Positions 8,223 through 17,202 of a DNA stretch of 26,040 nucleotides are shown piece by piece. A program made the position numbers and the translations under genes. A model generated the notes under the pieces. The model was given only the letters and a program-made list of their open reading frames with translations. It had not been told where the DNA came from and searched no databases. Positions within the stretch are counted from its first letter, which is position 1. Each line of letters opens with the position of its first letter. Where the stretch lies: positions 1-26,040 of IMG/VR virus record IMGVR_UViG_3300024429_000030; one strand, written 5' to 3'. Origin of the DNA: a virus. Taxonomy: Duplodnaviria > Caudoviricetes.

Positions 8223-8507
8223 ATGGCGTGTGTACTCTACAAATGCGGCGATGAAAAAGAAATCAGGGGAGTCATGTGCAAAGTTGGCAGATTCCCAGCT
8301 AACCAAGTTCAGCAGAGGAAAGATGAAGGATGGGTATCTGACCCTCAGACGCTCTATCAGATCCCGACCGAAGAAGATGCAGACTCCAACGGGACCGGCA
8401 AACTGAGCAATCAAGAGATTCGCGCAGCGGCACAGGTTGCTGGTATCGAGGATTGGGACACAGCTCGAATCAAACGTCTCAAGAAGGAACTAGGCTATTA
8501 TGGCTAA
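8223..8507 (+). CDS. Small protein at the post-coat position of P22-like phages, 94 aa
   Basis: MACVLYK.G.....RG...GWV..P pattern recalls the small gene between coat and gp4 in P22-like phages; TGAGGA SD favours ATG 8223; EF-hand-like loop. Confidence 0.65.
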   Translation: MACVLYKCGDEKEIRGVMCKVGRFPANQVQQRKDEGWVSDPQTLYQIPTEEDADSNGTGKLSNQEIRAAAQVAGIEDWDTARIKRLKKELGYYG

Positions 8508-9237
8508 AGGCGATCTCAAGGGCGACTTCATAAACGAAGCTTATTCTCAGATGAGAATATCAGGCCTCACCGTAAATCCAACCTCCGAGGATCTGGAAGT
8601 TGCACTGATGCGCCTGGAAAACATGATGGCAGAATTGAGCGGGCGCAGCATATGCGTGGGTTATAGCTTTGAAGATGATCCTGACCCCAACAGTTTGCAC
8701 AATGTCAACCGCGAATTCTGGCACGGCATAGCCACGAACCTTGCCATTAGACTCATACCGGACTTCAATAAAGAAGTCCCTCCGACCTTGCACATGCAGG
8801 CGAATCAAAGCCTTTCAAATATGAGTGGCAGAACTGCCCTTATCCGTCAAGTCAACTACCCTTCCCGCCAACCCAGAGGCGCAGGCAACACCCTAAGATG
8901 GGGACGGTGGGCCCGTTTCTACCATCCTCAACCTGGGGCTCCGCTCGAATGTGCTACCGTTACGATAGCTATTGATGACATCAATGATTTTGTGGAACAT
9001 TTCGACGCATACCTGCGAGATGCCGAAACCATCCAGTCATACACTATTTCGGCAGACACCGGGTTAAACATCATTAGCGATTCGCTGGCGTCTCCCGATG
9101 TGCTGTATAGGATCGAGGCAGTTGGAAACGCCGATGCTACCACTAACATTTTTCAGCAAGTCACTATTATAGCGACTACTAGCACCGGACGCATAGAGAC
9201 TCGACGTATCAACTTTCAGATAGTCGGAGCGGAATGA
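8500..9237 (+). CDS. Head-tail adaptor, P22 gp4-like, with extra C-terminal beta domain
   Basis: KGD.I..A...., LENMMAE, NLAIRLIPDF, YPSRQPRGAGN match gp4-type motifs; synteny. Confidence 0.85.
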   Translation: MAKGDLKGDFINEAYSQMRISGLTVNPTSEDLEVALMRLENMMAELSGRSICVGYSFEDDPDPNSLHNVNREFWHGIATNLAIRLIPDFNKEVPPTLHMQANQSLSNMSGRTALIRQVNYPSRQPRGAGNTLRWGRWARFYHPQPGAPLECATVTIAIDDINDFVEHFDAYLRDAETIQSYTISADTGLNIISDSLASPDVLYRIEAVGNADATTNIFQQVTIIATTSTGRIETRRINFQIVGAE

Positions 9238-10643
9238 TGCAGACCCCTATCAATCTCATCAAAGGCGACAGCATAGGCACTGAGACGGATTACCGTGACC
9301 AGTTGCCGGTCAACATGTATGCCGTTATCCGACAGATATTCGGGGCAGACGGCTACATGGTTCAGGAGCCTGGGTTGAGGCAGTACGGCACAGGCATTGG
9401 AATTGATAGGGGCGGGCTATGGAACGAGGAACAGGCGCAGCACTTCAGGGTGAGTGCAGCAGAAATGATCTCTGTGAGTACTGTCGGTGCCGTAACCTCA
9501 CTTGGTTCTGTACCTGGGTCAGACACGGTGTCCTTGCCTTACTCGTTCAATACTCAGGGCGTGGTTGCTAATCGCAAGTTCTACCTTTACGATGCCACTA
9601 ATGGATTCAGAGAGGTAACAGATTCAGACCTTGGCGATCCGCTGGATTGTGTGTGGGTCGATGGGTACTATTTCTTCACCGATGGCGCTTACATTTACCA
9701 TAGCGACCTGGCCGACGAATCGTCTATTGACCCCCTCAAGTTCGCCACCGCAGAATTCATGCCTGACCCCTCTTTGGGAGTCGGCAAAACCCAGGATAAC
9801 AAAGTGATCGTCTTCGGGCGCTACACCACCGAGTATTTTGTCAATGTGGCTCAACCGAACTTCGCTTTCCAGCGTGTCCCTACTAGAGCCGTCAAGATCG
9901 GGATCGTCGGCACTCACGCTAAGGCAGAGGCTGGGGATGCATGGTTCATTCTGGGGGGCCGGAAGGAAGAGGCTGTATCGGTTCATCGACTGGGGGTCGG
10001 ATCGGCGGAGAAGGTGGCCACTAGGGAGATTGACAAGATCATTGGCATCTATTCTGAAACAGAGCTTTCAACGGCTGTAGTCGAGTCCTACGAGGAGGAC
10101 GGATACTCCTTCATCGTGGTCCATCTCCCCGGCCATGTCCTGAAGTTCAACCTCACCTTTGCCAAAAATGCAGGCATCGCACAGGCGTGGACTATCCTGA
10201 AGTCCGATGTCGCAGGGGACAATCCATGGAGAGCCAAGCACGGTGTATTTGAGCCGCGTTTAGGCGAGTGGGTATATGGTGACAAGCTGACCAGCATCAT
10301 TGGCATCCTGGACAGCACTATAGCCACACACTACGGAGATATTGCGGAATGGCTACTGCATACGCCTTTCCAGATGATCGAAGGGCACTCCATTGATGAG
10401 CTCGAAATAGAGACTTTGCCGGGGCACACTGGCACATCAGACGGCACAATATTCACATCTCTGACATACGATGGAGTGACACACGGCAGCGAATGGACGG
10501 AGATGTATGGGCTTCCTAGCGCATTTGGCAAGAGGTTCATCCTCAGGCGGCTAGGATATGTTAGCGATTGGGTAGGGTTCAAATTTAGAGGAGCCACAAG
10601 ATCCAGAATGGCATTCTCCAGGGCAGTTATCAAACATGGCTGA
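9234..10643 (+). CDS. Tail hub / packaged-DNA stabilisation protein, P22 gp10-like
   Basis: 469 aa; DYRDQLPVNMYA, GIDRG, FATAEFMPD, FGRYTTEYF, DGVTHGSE, RRLG..VGFKFR motifs; synteny. Confidence 0.93.
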   Translation: MMQTPINLIKGDSIGTETDYRDQLPVNMYAVIRQIFGADGYMVQEPGLRQYGTGIGIDRGGLWNEEQAQHFRVSAAEMISVSTVGAVTSLGSVPGSDTVSLPYSFNTQGVVANRKFYLYDATNGFREVTDSDLGDPLDCVWVDGYYFFTDGAYIYHSDLADESSIDPLKFATAEFMPDPSLGVGKTQDNKVIVFGRYTTEYFVNVAQPNFAFQRVPTRAVKIGIVGTHAKAEAGDAWFILGGRKEEAVSVHRLGVGSAEKVATREIDKIIGIYSETELSTAVVESYEEDGYSFIVVHLPGHVLKFNLTFAKNAGIAQAWTILKSDVAGDNPWRAKHGVFEPRLGEWVYGDKLTSIIGILDSTIATHYGDIAEWLLHTPFQMIEGHSIDELEIETLPGHTGTSDGTIFTSLTYDGVTHGSEWTEMYGLPSAFGKRFILRRLGYVSDWVGFKFRGATRSRMAFSRAVIKHG

Positions 10644-11073
10644 CCCGACTACAGCTCAGAGGTTGAGGGGGCTAATCCTGAGTGCTGCTGAACTCCAGCA
10701 GTTGACCGATTGGCCGGATGCTCTTATTGAGGACTACTTAACTATCCTCGAAAACCTAATCTTGCTGGCTGGCGAGATAGACACAAAAAACAACATTATC
10801 AAAAACACAATCCTTGTTACCACTTCGCCATATGTACCATTGGCTACGGATGAGGAGTTATTTATTGATACCGATGTCGGACCTATATCAATAACTCTTC
10901 CAGTTGGCATAGATGGCACAAACTACCGGATGATAAATGTCGGGTCTTCTGGCAATGATGTTACACTCATCCCGGCATTGACAGACAAGCTTTTTGGTGA
11001 GAATGCGAACGAGAGGATTGCTGACTCGGAAGTTTTGCTTATGACATTTGAGACTACAGAGGGCTGGTACTGA
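10636..11073 (+). CDS. Tail needle/plug-like protein (P22 gp26 position), short, 145 aa
   Basis: Starts MADP like gp26 and overlaps the gp10 stop; short helical region, then a beta domain (FIDTDVGPISITLP...GWY). Confidence 0.6.
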   Translation: MADPTTAQRLRGLILSAAELQQLTDWPDALIEDYLTILENLILLAGEIDTKNNIIKNTILVTTSPYVPLATDEELFIDTDVGPISITLPVGIDGTNYRMINVGSSGNDVTLIPALTDKLFGENANERIADSEVLLMTFETTEGWY

Positions 11074-12755
11074 TGAGCAGAATTCGTGAAATAGAAACCA
11101 TTGACAACGCCAAAGTGTCAACAGACAACTCTTCATCTGCTTTCCTTGGTGCCGGAATAGCGTTTGAAGGTACAGGCGAAGACGTTATTGACTTTGGGAC
11201 TATTGAGGTTTCTGTTTACTCTGATGTAGCTTCAGCCGTAGATGGTCTATCCATCGAGTTCTCGTCTGATGGTACGAATTGGGACCACAAAGACGTTTAC
11301 ACTGTTCCAGCAGCAACTGGCAAGAATTACAGTGTTCAAAGGGTTGCGGAATGGTTTCGTATTGTCTATACCAACGGAGGAGATCCGCAGACAGAATTTA
11401 GACTTCAGACCATTCTAAATAAATACTACATCAAGCCTTCCTCTCATCGCCTTAAAGACGATATAAACAGTGATGATGATGCAGAGTTAGGGATATGTAT
11501 CATAAAGACTGAAGGTAGTTCACCGGAAAACTACAAAACCGTGAGTGCCCAATATCCTCTACCCACAGACGGAGACAGCGTTTACTCTAAAGACATATGG
11601 GCAGACGAAAGCAACATTGGAAACTTCAGCGGGTTAATAACTGATCCATTTGATAACCTCCACACGACCATAGTAGACAGCACGGCCAACAACCCTAAGA
11701 TAATATTGATTCATTTCCAGCGCACTATATTTACGTCTTCTATTGGGATAGGTGCCACATCTGGGGACTTCTCTAATGTGAAGATTGAGCTACTAGGAAG
11801 CTCAGGCGCAGTAAGGCAGACGATAGACGAGAGCGCAGACAACACAAAATATACGTCAAGAAACTTTGAGTTTGCACCAGATGCAACGAATGCAGTTCGT
11901 ATATCATTCTTTACTGCTGATGCAGTGTCAATGTCAAACATCATTGCTAGGAAAGCTACAAGTGTCGATGCTAGGCTATCAGCAATAAGCGAGTTAACAA
12001 ATAAAGTTGAGGATATAGGAAGCTTCAGGGGAGCCATAAATGTCAATCTGGCCCTAGTCCATCAGACTGGTATAAATGAATATTTCAGAAGAGATCTCGG
12101 AGCTTCAACAACTATATCGATAGCCGCAACCGCTGGCGATACAGATATAAACGTAGTAGATTCCACCGGATTTGTCATAGGTGATTTTCTGCGGATTGAA
12201 TCTGACCCTATCACTAGGGGGCATTTTCACATAATAAATGTTGTGGCAAATGTGATTACGCTCAGCAGGCCGTTGGATAATGATTTAATAATTGGAGACA
12301 GTATAATCGAAACTGATTTCCAGATGGTAGATGTTGGTACCCTAGCAGCACCAATAGCATTTAGGATTGCTCCGCCGTCAAGCGAACGCTGGCAGATAAC
12401 TAGGCTTATGACAACAATGCTGGACGCTACAGCAATGGATGACGGCAAGTTCGGAGGCATGTCAGCACTTCCTAATGGATTTGTACTCAGAGTTAACAAT
12501 GATGGAGTAATTACCACACTGACACACTGGAACACCAATTTAGACATGAAGGATGACATGTTTGACGTTGAGTATGCTGACAAGGCACCAGCGGGTCAGT
12601 ATGGGTTATCTGCTCGTTGGACACTGACTCAGGCGCAATTCGTGGCAGACCTCGATGGAGCCACCGGAGACTATCTGGAAGGACTGAACCAAGACGATAC
12701 TACGCCTCTGGATGAGTTCAAGATAAAAGCTCAAGGCAGGCTGTTTGGAGGGTGA
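11073..12755 (+). CDS. Large beta-rich multidomain putative virion protein, 560 aa
   Basis: TGATG-coupled to needle gene; S/T/D/G/I-rich beta-sandwich-like segments; in tail module; visibly more AT-rich than flanking core genes. Confidence 0.6.
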   Translation: MSRIREIETIDNAKVSTDNSSSAFLGAGIAFEGTGEDVIDFGTIEVSVYSDVASAVDGLSIEFSSDGTNWDHKDVYTVPAATGKNYSVQRVAEWFRIVYTNGGDPQTEFRLQTILNKYYIKPSSHRLKDDINSDDDAELGICIIKTEGSSPENYKTVSAQYPLPTDGDSVYSKDIWADESNIGNFSGLITDPFDNLHTTIVDSTANNPKIILIHFQRTIFTSSIGIGATSGDFSNVKIELLGSSGAVRQTIDESADNTKYTSRNFEFAPDATNAVRISFFTADAVSMSNIIARKATSVDARLSAISELTNKVEDIGSFRGAINVNLALVHQTGINEYFRRDLGASTTISIAATAGDTDINVVDSTGFVIGDFLRIESDPITRGHFHIINVVANVITLSRPLDNDLIIGDSIIETDFQMVDVGTLAAPIAFRIAPPSSERWQITRLMTTMLDATAMDDGKFGGMSALPNGFVLRVNNDGVITTLTHWNTNLDMKDDMFDVEYADKAPAGQYGLSARWTLTQAQFVADLDGATGDYLEGLNQDDTTPLDEFKIKAQGRLFGG

Positions 12756-12822
12756 CGATGATTCCTAGGAAAGTATTGATAGTCAGGTTGTGAGATTCTC
12801 GATAATGTGAGACAATGCACCA

Positions 12823-13242
12823 ATGTTTCAAGAGATGTCAGACATGCAGGAAGCTGAACGTCTGGGGTTACCCGTAACCTCCGACTATTTGGTCTTCAGA
12901 TACATTCCAGGTAATGGGTCGGTCTTCTTCTCTGCGACACGACAGGGCGATGCGGTCACTATCCATATAGCCGCAGACAGGACCGGGAAGAGCAAGCTCC
13001 GGGAGGCTGTAGATAGATTTTGCAGCAAAATATTTCTAGACTTCCCATGGTGCAAGATCATAATGGGGGTTGTCGGCCCAAGGTCAGTGGTAAATCTAGC
13101 CCTTAAATGTGGCTTCCACATTATAGGGACTATGGACATAAAAGACACCGAGTCAAAACAGAACGCAAAAATAGTTGGGAGGTGGCGGCATGAGTTTTGT
13201 GCAGAAAGCATGGGACGATATAAGGGGCAAGACGGCAGCTAA
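12823..13242 (+). CDS. P22 gp14-position protein (GNAT-like), 139 aa
   Basis: Position immediately before the gp7-like gene; VTIH.A and SVVNLALKCGF.IIG resemble GNAT-fold motifs. Confidence 0.6.
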   Translation: MFQEMSDMQEAERLGLPVTSDYLVFRYIPGNGSVFFSATRQGDAVTIHIAADRTGKSKLREAVDRFCSKIFLDFPWCKIIMGVVGPRSVVNLALKCGFHIIGTMDIKDTESKQNAKIVGRWRHEFCAESMGRYKGQDGS

Positions 13243-13774
13243 AGCAGCAGGAGAAGCATCTGAAGTTTCTGCGGCTTCTCAAGAAGAAGCTCTTCAGTAT
13301 CTCAGGGAAACCGAAGCCCTACCTCAAGAACTCAGAGAGAGCGCACTCTCCCAGCTAGGATCAATTTATGGTCTTCCTGGCTTTGGGGCGGGAGAGGAAG
13401 GTGCGGTGCCTGGGGCAGGTCGAGAAGAGTTTATAGCAGGCCTCCGAACAGATCCATTCTATTCAGAGCTTGTAGGGGCAGGAGAAGAGGCCGTGCTAAG
13501 GGGCGCAAGTGCTACAGGCGGACTCAGATCAGGATCCACTAGTGAAAACCTTGCTAGGGTCAACCAGGACGTATTGAGGGGGCTCTATCAGGAGAGGGTG
13601 GGCGGTCTTACTGGTCTGGCAAACCTACCCTCCTACGCTCCGCAGATAGCCGGTGGAATAGCCGGGGTAGGCCAAACTCTAGCCTCTGGAATTACCGCCG
13701 CTGGCCAGGCTAGACAATCAGGAATAGGTCAAGTGGCTGGCCTCGGGCTTCAAGCTGCTAAACTCTTTATTTGA
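13190..13774 (+). CDS. DNA ejection protein, gp7-like, 194 aa
   Basis: Ala/Gly/Gln-rich; ASATGGLRSGSTSENLA motif; hydrophobic Gly-rich C-terminus; GGGAGG SD before ATG 13190. Confidence 0.8.
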   Translation: MSFVQKAWDDIRGKTAAKAAGEASEVSAASQEEALQYLRETEALPQELRESALSQLGSIYGLPGFGAGEEGAVPGAGREEFIAGLRTDPFYSELVGAGEEAVLRGASATGGLRSGSTSENLARVNQDVLRGLYQERVGGLTGLANLPSYAPQIAGGIAGVGQTLASGITAAGQARQSGIGQVAGLGLQAAKLFI

Positions 13775-13783
13775 GGTGACGAT

Positions 13784-15007
13784 ATGTCCAACGGAAACCC
13801 TTTTTATGTCGAACCTCTCGGAGGGTATGGCCCCGAAATAGGCAAGGGGCTTGCAGGCCTTGGTACTGCCTTGAAAGCTCGCGTCGCTCTCAAGAAGGGC
13901 CAAGAGTTAAAAGAGGAAGGCGCTAGACTCCTCAGAGAAGGGACACCTGATGAGATAGCGGAGTTTTCTATTTCTAATCCAGATATAGGCAAATCCATAC
14001 TGGAGCAAATGGATATTACAGCAAAAGGGACAGAGCAAGACGTTATCAAGACACTCCAGAAAACAATGTCAGACCCAGAAGGTACCGAAAAATATTTGAC
14101 CGACAGGGTTAGCACCATAGTGGAGGCAGGCGGCAATCCATCTGACACCATTCTGGAACTTAAAAGATTTAGAGAAGACCCTGAATCTTACAGGAAATCC
14201 GTCGAGACTGCGTATTCAATGCTTGACCCGGAAGGCTACAAGTCCTATCGAACTGCCAGCGGTAAAGAGGCAGAGGAGGCGGCAACTAAATCATTACTAG
14301 GCACTGCCGACATCCAGAGTTTTGAGTATTTGACGGCAAACTTACCCCCCGAAGATAAGGCAAAAGCAAAACGCATCAAGCTGGGTCTGTCTCCTCGTGC
14401 GACAGAGAGCGCAAAACTTAAAGCTGAAAAATCATTCGCAACCGAGGCTGCAAAACTTGAGGCTAAATTAGGCTTGGAACCGCTAGTGGCTGGAGCCGTT
14501 GTCGCGGCAAAGAATCAGGCTAATGCAGCGGCTAGTGAGTTAGTTACGCAGAAATCAAACATATCGGCATGGGAAGTCTACAACGGAGCAATGAGCAATC
14601 TGGCTGCTGCTATGAGTGGCACAGCAACAGGGCCTATGGTTGGATTCATCCCCGCCATAACTGCGAACAGTCAGATTGCAGAGGGCGCAATCGCTGTTAT
14701 GGCCCCTGTTCTGAAGCAGATGTTTAGAACCGCAGGAGAGGGCATATTCACCGACAAAGACCAAGAACTGCTTATGAAGATGGTGCCTACACGTAAAGAT
14801 CTGCCTGAAGCTAGAACAGCCAAGATCACGGCCATCGACCGAATCGTAAGAGCGAAATTAGACATAGGAGAAGAGGGGGCTCTTGGAGGTGGCAGAGTTA
14901 CAGAGGAAGAGGCCCAGCCATCAAGTGTGACATCTCAAGCGCAATATGATGCCCTGCCTTCCGGCGCGCTGTTTGTTGAAGACGGCGTACAATACAGGAA
15001 ACCATAA
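13784..15007 (+). CDS. DNA ejection protein, gp20 position, 407 aa
   Basis: Synteny; Gly-rich N-terminus, helical body, GEGIFTDKDQ motif, C-terminal YDALPSG domain; GAGGTG SD. Confidence 0.7.
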   Translation: MSNGNPFYVEPLGGYGPEIGKGLAGLGTALKARVALKKGQELKEEGARLLREGTPDEIAEFSISNPDIGKSILEQMDITAKGTEQDVIKTLQKTMSDPEGTEKYLTDRVSTIVEAGGNPSDTILELKRFREDPESYRKSVETAYSMLDPEGYKSYRTASGKEAEEAATKSLLGTADIQSFEYLTANLPPEDKAKAKRIKLGLSPRATESAKLKAEKSFATEAAKLEAKLGLEPLVAGAVVAAKNQANAAASELVTQKSNISAWEVYNGAMSNLAAAMSGTATGPMVGFIPAITANSQIAEGAIAVMAPVLKQMFRTAGEGIFTDKDQELLMKMVPTRKDLPEARTAKITAIDRIVRAKLDIGEEGALGGGRVTEEEAQPSSVTSQAQYDALPSGALFVEDGVQYRKP

Positions 15008-17199
15008 TGGCAAGCAAATACGGCGGAATCCCAACGACACAGCAGGGCAGCAAGTACGGAGGCCTTCCCGTTGAACAGGCGGCAACGTCCGACATTCCCC
15101 AAGGCTATCAGCCTCCGTCGAGGGCCGTTGTGGGCATCAGCGAAGCCCCGGCGCAAGCAGTAGAGGCACCCCTCACGGCACGGCAGGAAGCAATAAGGGA
15201 GATAGCGCAGGAGATAGGACCTATCCAAGCGGGCTTCATTGCAGCCGGGAAAGGCATGTACGACATTGGGCGCGGACTTGGCATCATAGAGCCAGCAGGC
15301 GAAGTCGAGCGAGAGGCTTACGAGGCCCTGGAGCGTGAGCGGCCTATATCTACTTTCGTGGGCGAAGTCGCGGGAGAAGCAGCACCTTTTGCTGCTCTAG
15401 GGCCCATTGCTGGTGGTGTAAGAGCATTAGGAGCGCGGGCAATACCTGCATTGGCTGGACCTGTTGGGTTGTCCGCTAGAGTTGCCGGGACAGCCGGTAT
15501 AGGCGCATTAGAAGGAGGCATCCTAGCAGGAGCAGAGGAGGCAGGATTTGAAGACACAGCAAAAGCAGCGGGTTTCGGTGGATTGGTGGCGGGTGGCGCG
15601 GAGCTTCTTATTCCCGTTGTTGGTCGCCTTGGCGGTAAGATTGTTCGCAAGGTAACAGGCAAGCAGCCCAAGGGCTCTCTTGTCCGACCCGATGGAATGC
15701 CTACCGACGAAATGGCGGACGCCCTAGAGAAGGCTGGCATGACCTGGGAAGACATGAAGCTTGACGCCCAGGACCTAATAGCCAAGCTGGAACCTGGCAC
15801 GATACCGGAGCAGGCCGCAAGGCTGGCAGGCTTTGAGCAGATTGGAGCCCCGGCACTAAAGGGCCAAATCAGCAAGGAGTTCGCACAGAGGAAGCTTGAG
15901 CAGGGGCTTATCGAATCCGGCACAGAAGCAGCCGGTGAGCCTGTGCGCCAAGTCTTCAAACAGCAGAGCGAGGCCATCAGGGGAGAGCTTGACAGCATCG
16001 TTGACGCCATGGGAGTCACCGGGGAGACTGGCGAGGCAATGAAGGATGCCCTCAGTGGCCGCAGGAAGACTCTCAAGGCCGACAGGAAAGAACTGTACGG
16101 CAGACTGGCAGAAGAGGCGAAAGAAGTTGACACGGTGCCTGTGGCTACTCATGACATCTACAACGCCTTGCCAGACCGGGGAACTCTCCGGGATATCGCA
16201 TCACTTGCACCTAATCAATTCAAGGCTCTGAATGACATCCTGGTCGAATTTGGAATCGAGCAGGGCCAAGAAGCTGTTGAGAGCGCCGCCAAGCGTGGCG
16301 TAACATCTGACCCGCTTGGCCTGGAGAACTTTGAGAGTCTCAGGAAGCGACTCGGAGCAATTGAGCGCAGCGATCAAACGGGTGCTATTAGCGTAGTCAC
16401 TGGCCCCCTGAAGAGAGCCCTAGACAATGAAATTGACTTGGTGACTGAGGCCATGGAAGGGGCAGGAGGCAAGATAGCAGAGACAGCCAAGGCCGCAAGG
16501 TTGTCGAATGTTGCTCTCAAGACCGAATTCGACGAAGCTAAAATCACCTCCAAGCTGATTGATTCAGTAAAGCGTGGCTCCACCCAGCCAAAGGTCGAAG
16601 TTAGCAAGGCTTACCAGAAGGTCATGAATCCGAATGAGCCCATCGAGAACCTTGATCGAGTCTTGACTTCGCTCAAAAAAGGAGGAGCTCTTGGCGCCAA
16701 GGCGATTGACGAGATGAAGGGAAGGGCTGTCCTAGACCTCATAGATTCGGCCTTCACCTCCCAATACAGGCAGGTTAGCGGGCAGCGCATTTTCGGTGCC
16801 GATCCATTCTCCAAACAATACGAAAAAATGCTGCCTAAGCTTGAGATGCTTTTCGATGGAGACGCTAAGGCCCTCAAGAGGATCAAGAATGTTTACGAGA
16901 GGGCACAAGACATCATCCCACCGGGAGGAGCTGTTCCGAAGGGATCCGCAGGATTCTTCATCGACGCTCTCAACAAGATCGGAATTTACAGCATATCCCT
17001 GAAGGTTCCATTCGTCAGGGAAGTATTTGAGGTAGCACAGATGGCAGGGCGAAGCGCAACGGCTCGTCAGCAGGCTAAGAAGTCCTTGGACGCAAAGCCT
17101 CAAGTCAAAGAAATGGCTCAGCTCATATCTAGAGATTATCCACAGATTGCCGCAACTCTCGGGATTGCTGCAATCATCGAAAGAGAAGAGGAGAATTGA
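15007..17199 (+). CDS. Large DNA ejection protein, gp16 position, 730 aa
   Basis: Synteny before tailspike; Ala/Gly hydrophobic segments in the N-terminal third; long helical C-terminal part; TAATG coupling. Confidence 0.75.
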   Translation: MASKYGGIPTTQQGSKYGGLPVEQAATSDIPQGYQPPSRAVVGISEAPAQAVEAPLTARQEAIREIAQEIGPIQAGFIAAGKGMYDIGRGLGIIEPAGEVEREAYEALERERPISTFVGEVAGEAAPFAALGPIAGGVRALGARAIPALAGPVGLSARVAGTAGIGALEGGILAGAEEAGFEDTAKAAGFGGLVAGGAELLIPVVGRLGGKIVRKVTGKQPKGSLVRPDGMPTDEMADALEKAGMTWEDMKLDAQDLIAKLEPGTIPEQAARLAGFEQIGAPALKGQISKEFAQRKLEQGLIESGTEAAGEPVRQVFKQQSEAIRGELDSIVDAMGVTGETGEAMKDALSGRRKTLKADRKELYGRLAEEAKEVDTVPVATHDIYNALPDRGTLRDIASLAPNQFKALNDILVEFGIEQGQEAVESAAKRGVTSDPLGLENFESLRKRLGAIERSDQTGAISVVTGPLKRALDNEIDLVTEAMEGAGGKIAETAKAARLSNVALKTEFDEAKITSKLIDSVKRGSTQPKVEVSKAYQKVMNPNEPIENLDRVLTSLKKGGALGAKAIDEMKGRAVLDLIDSAFTSQYRQVSGQRIFGADPFSKQYEKMLPKLEMLFDGDAKALKRIKNVYERAQDIIPPGGAVPKGSAGFFIDALNKIGIYSISLKVPFVREVFEVAQMAGRSATARQQAKKSLDAKPQVKEMAQLISRDYPQIAATLGIAAIIEREEEN

Positions 17200-17202
17200 T
17201 TT

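Noticed and set aside
11049-11075. Programmed frameshift fusing needle and 560-aa genes
   Set aside because: No slippery heptamer; downstream frame has a TGA at 11049-11051; TGATG is ordinary coupling
15318-16133. 271-aa minus-strand ORF
   Set aside because: Antisense shadow of the Ala/Gly-rich ejection gene; Ser/Pro/Ala low-information translation, no SD or operon context
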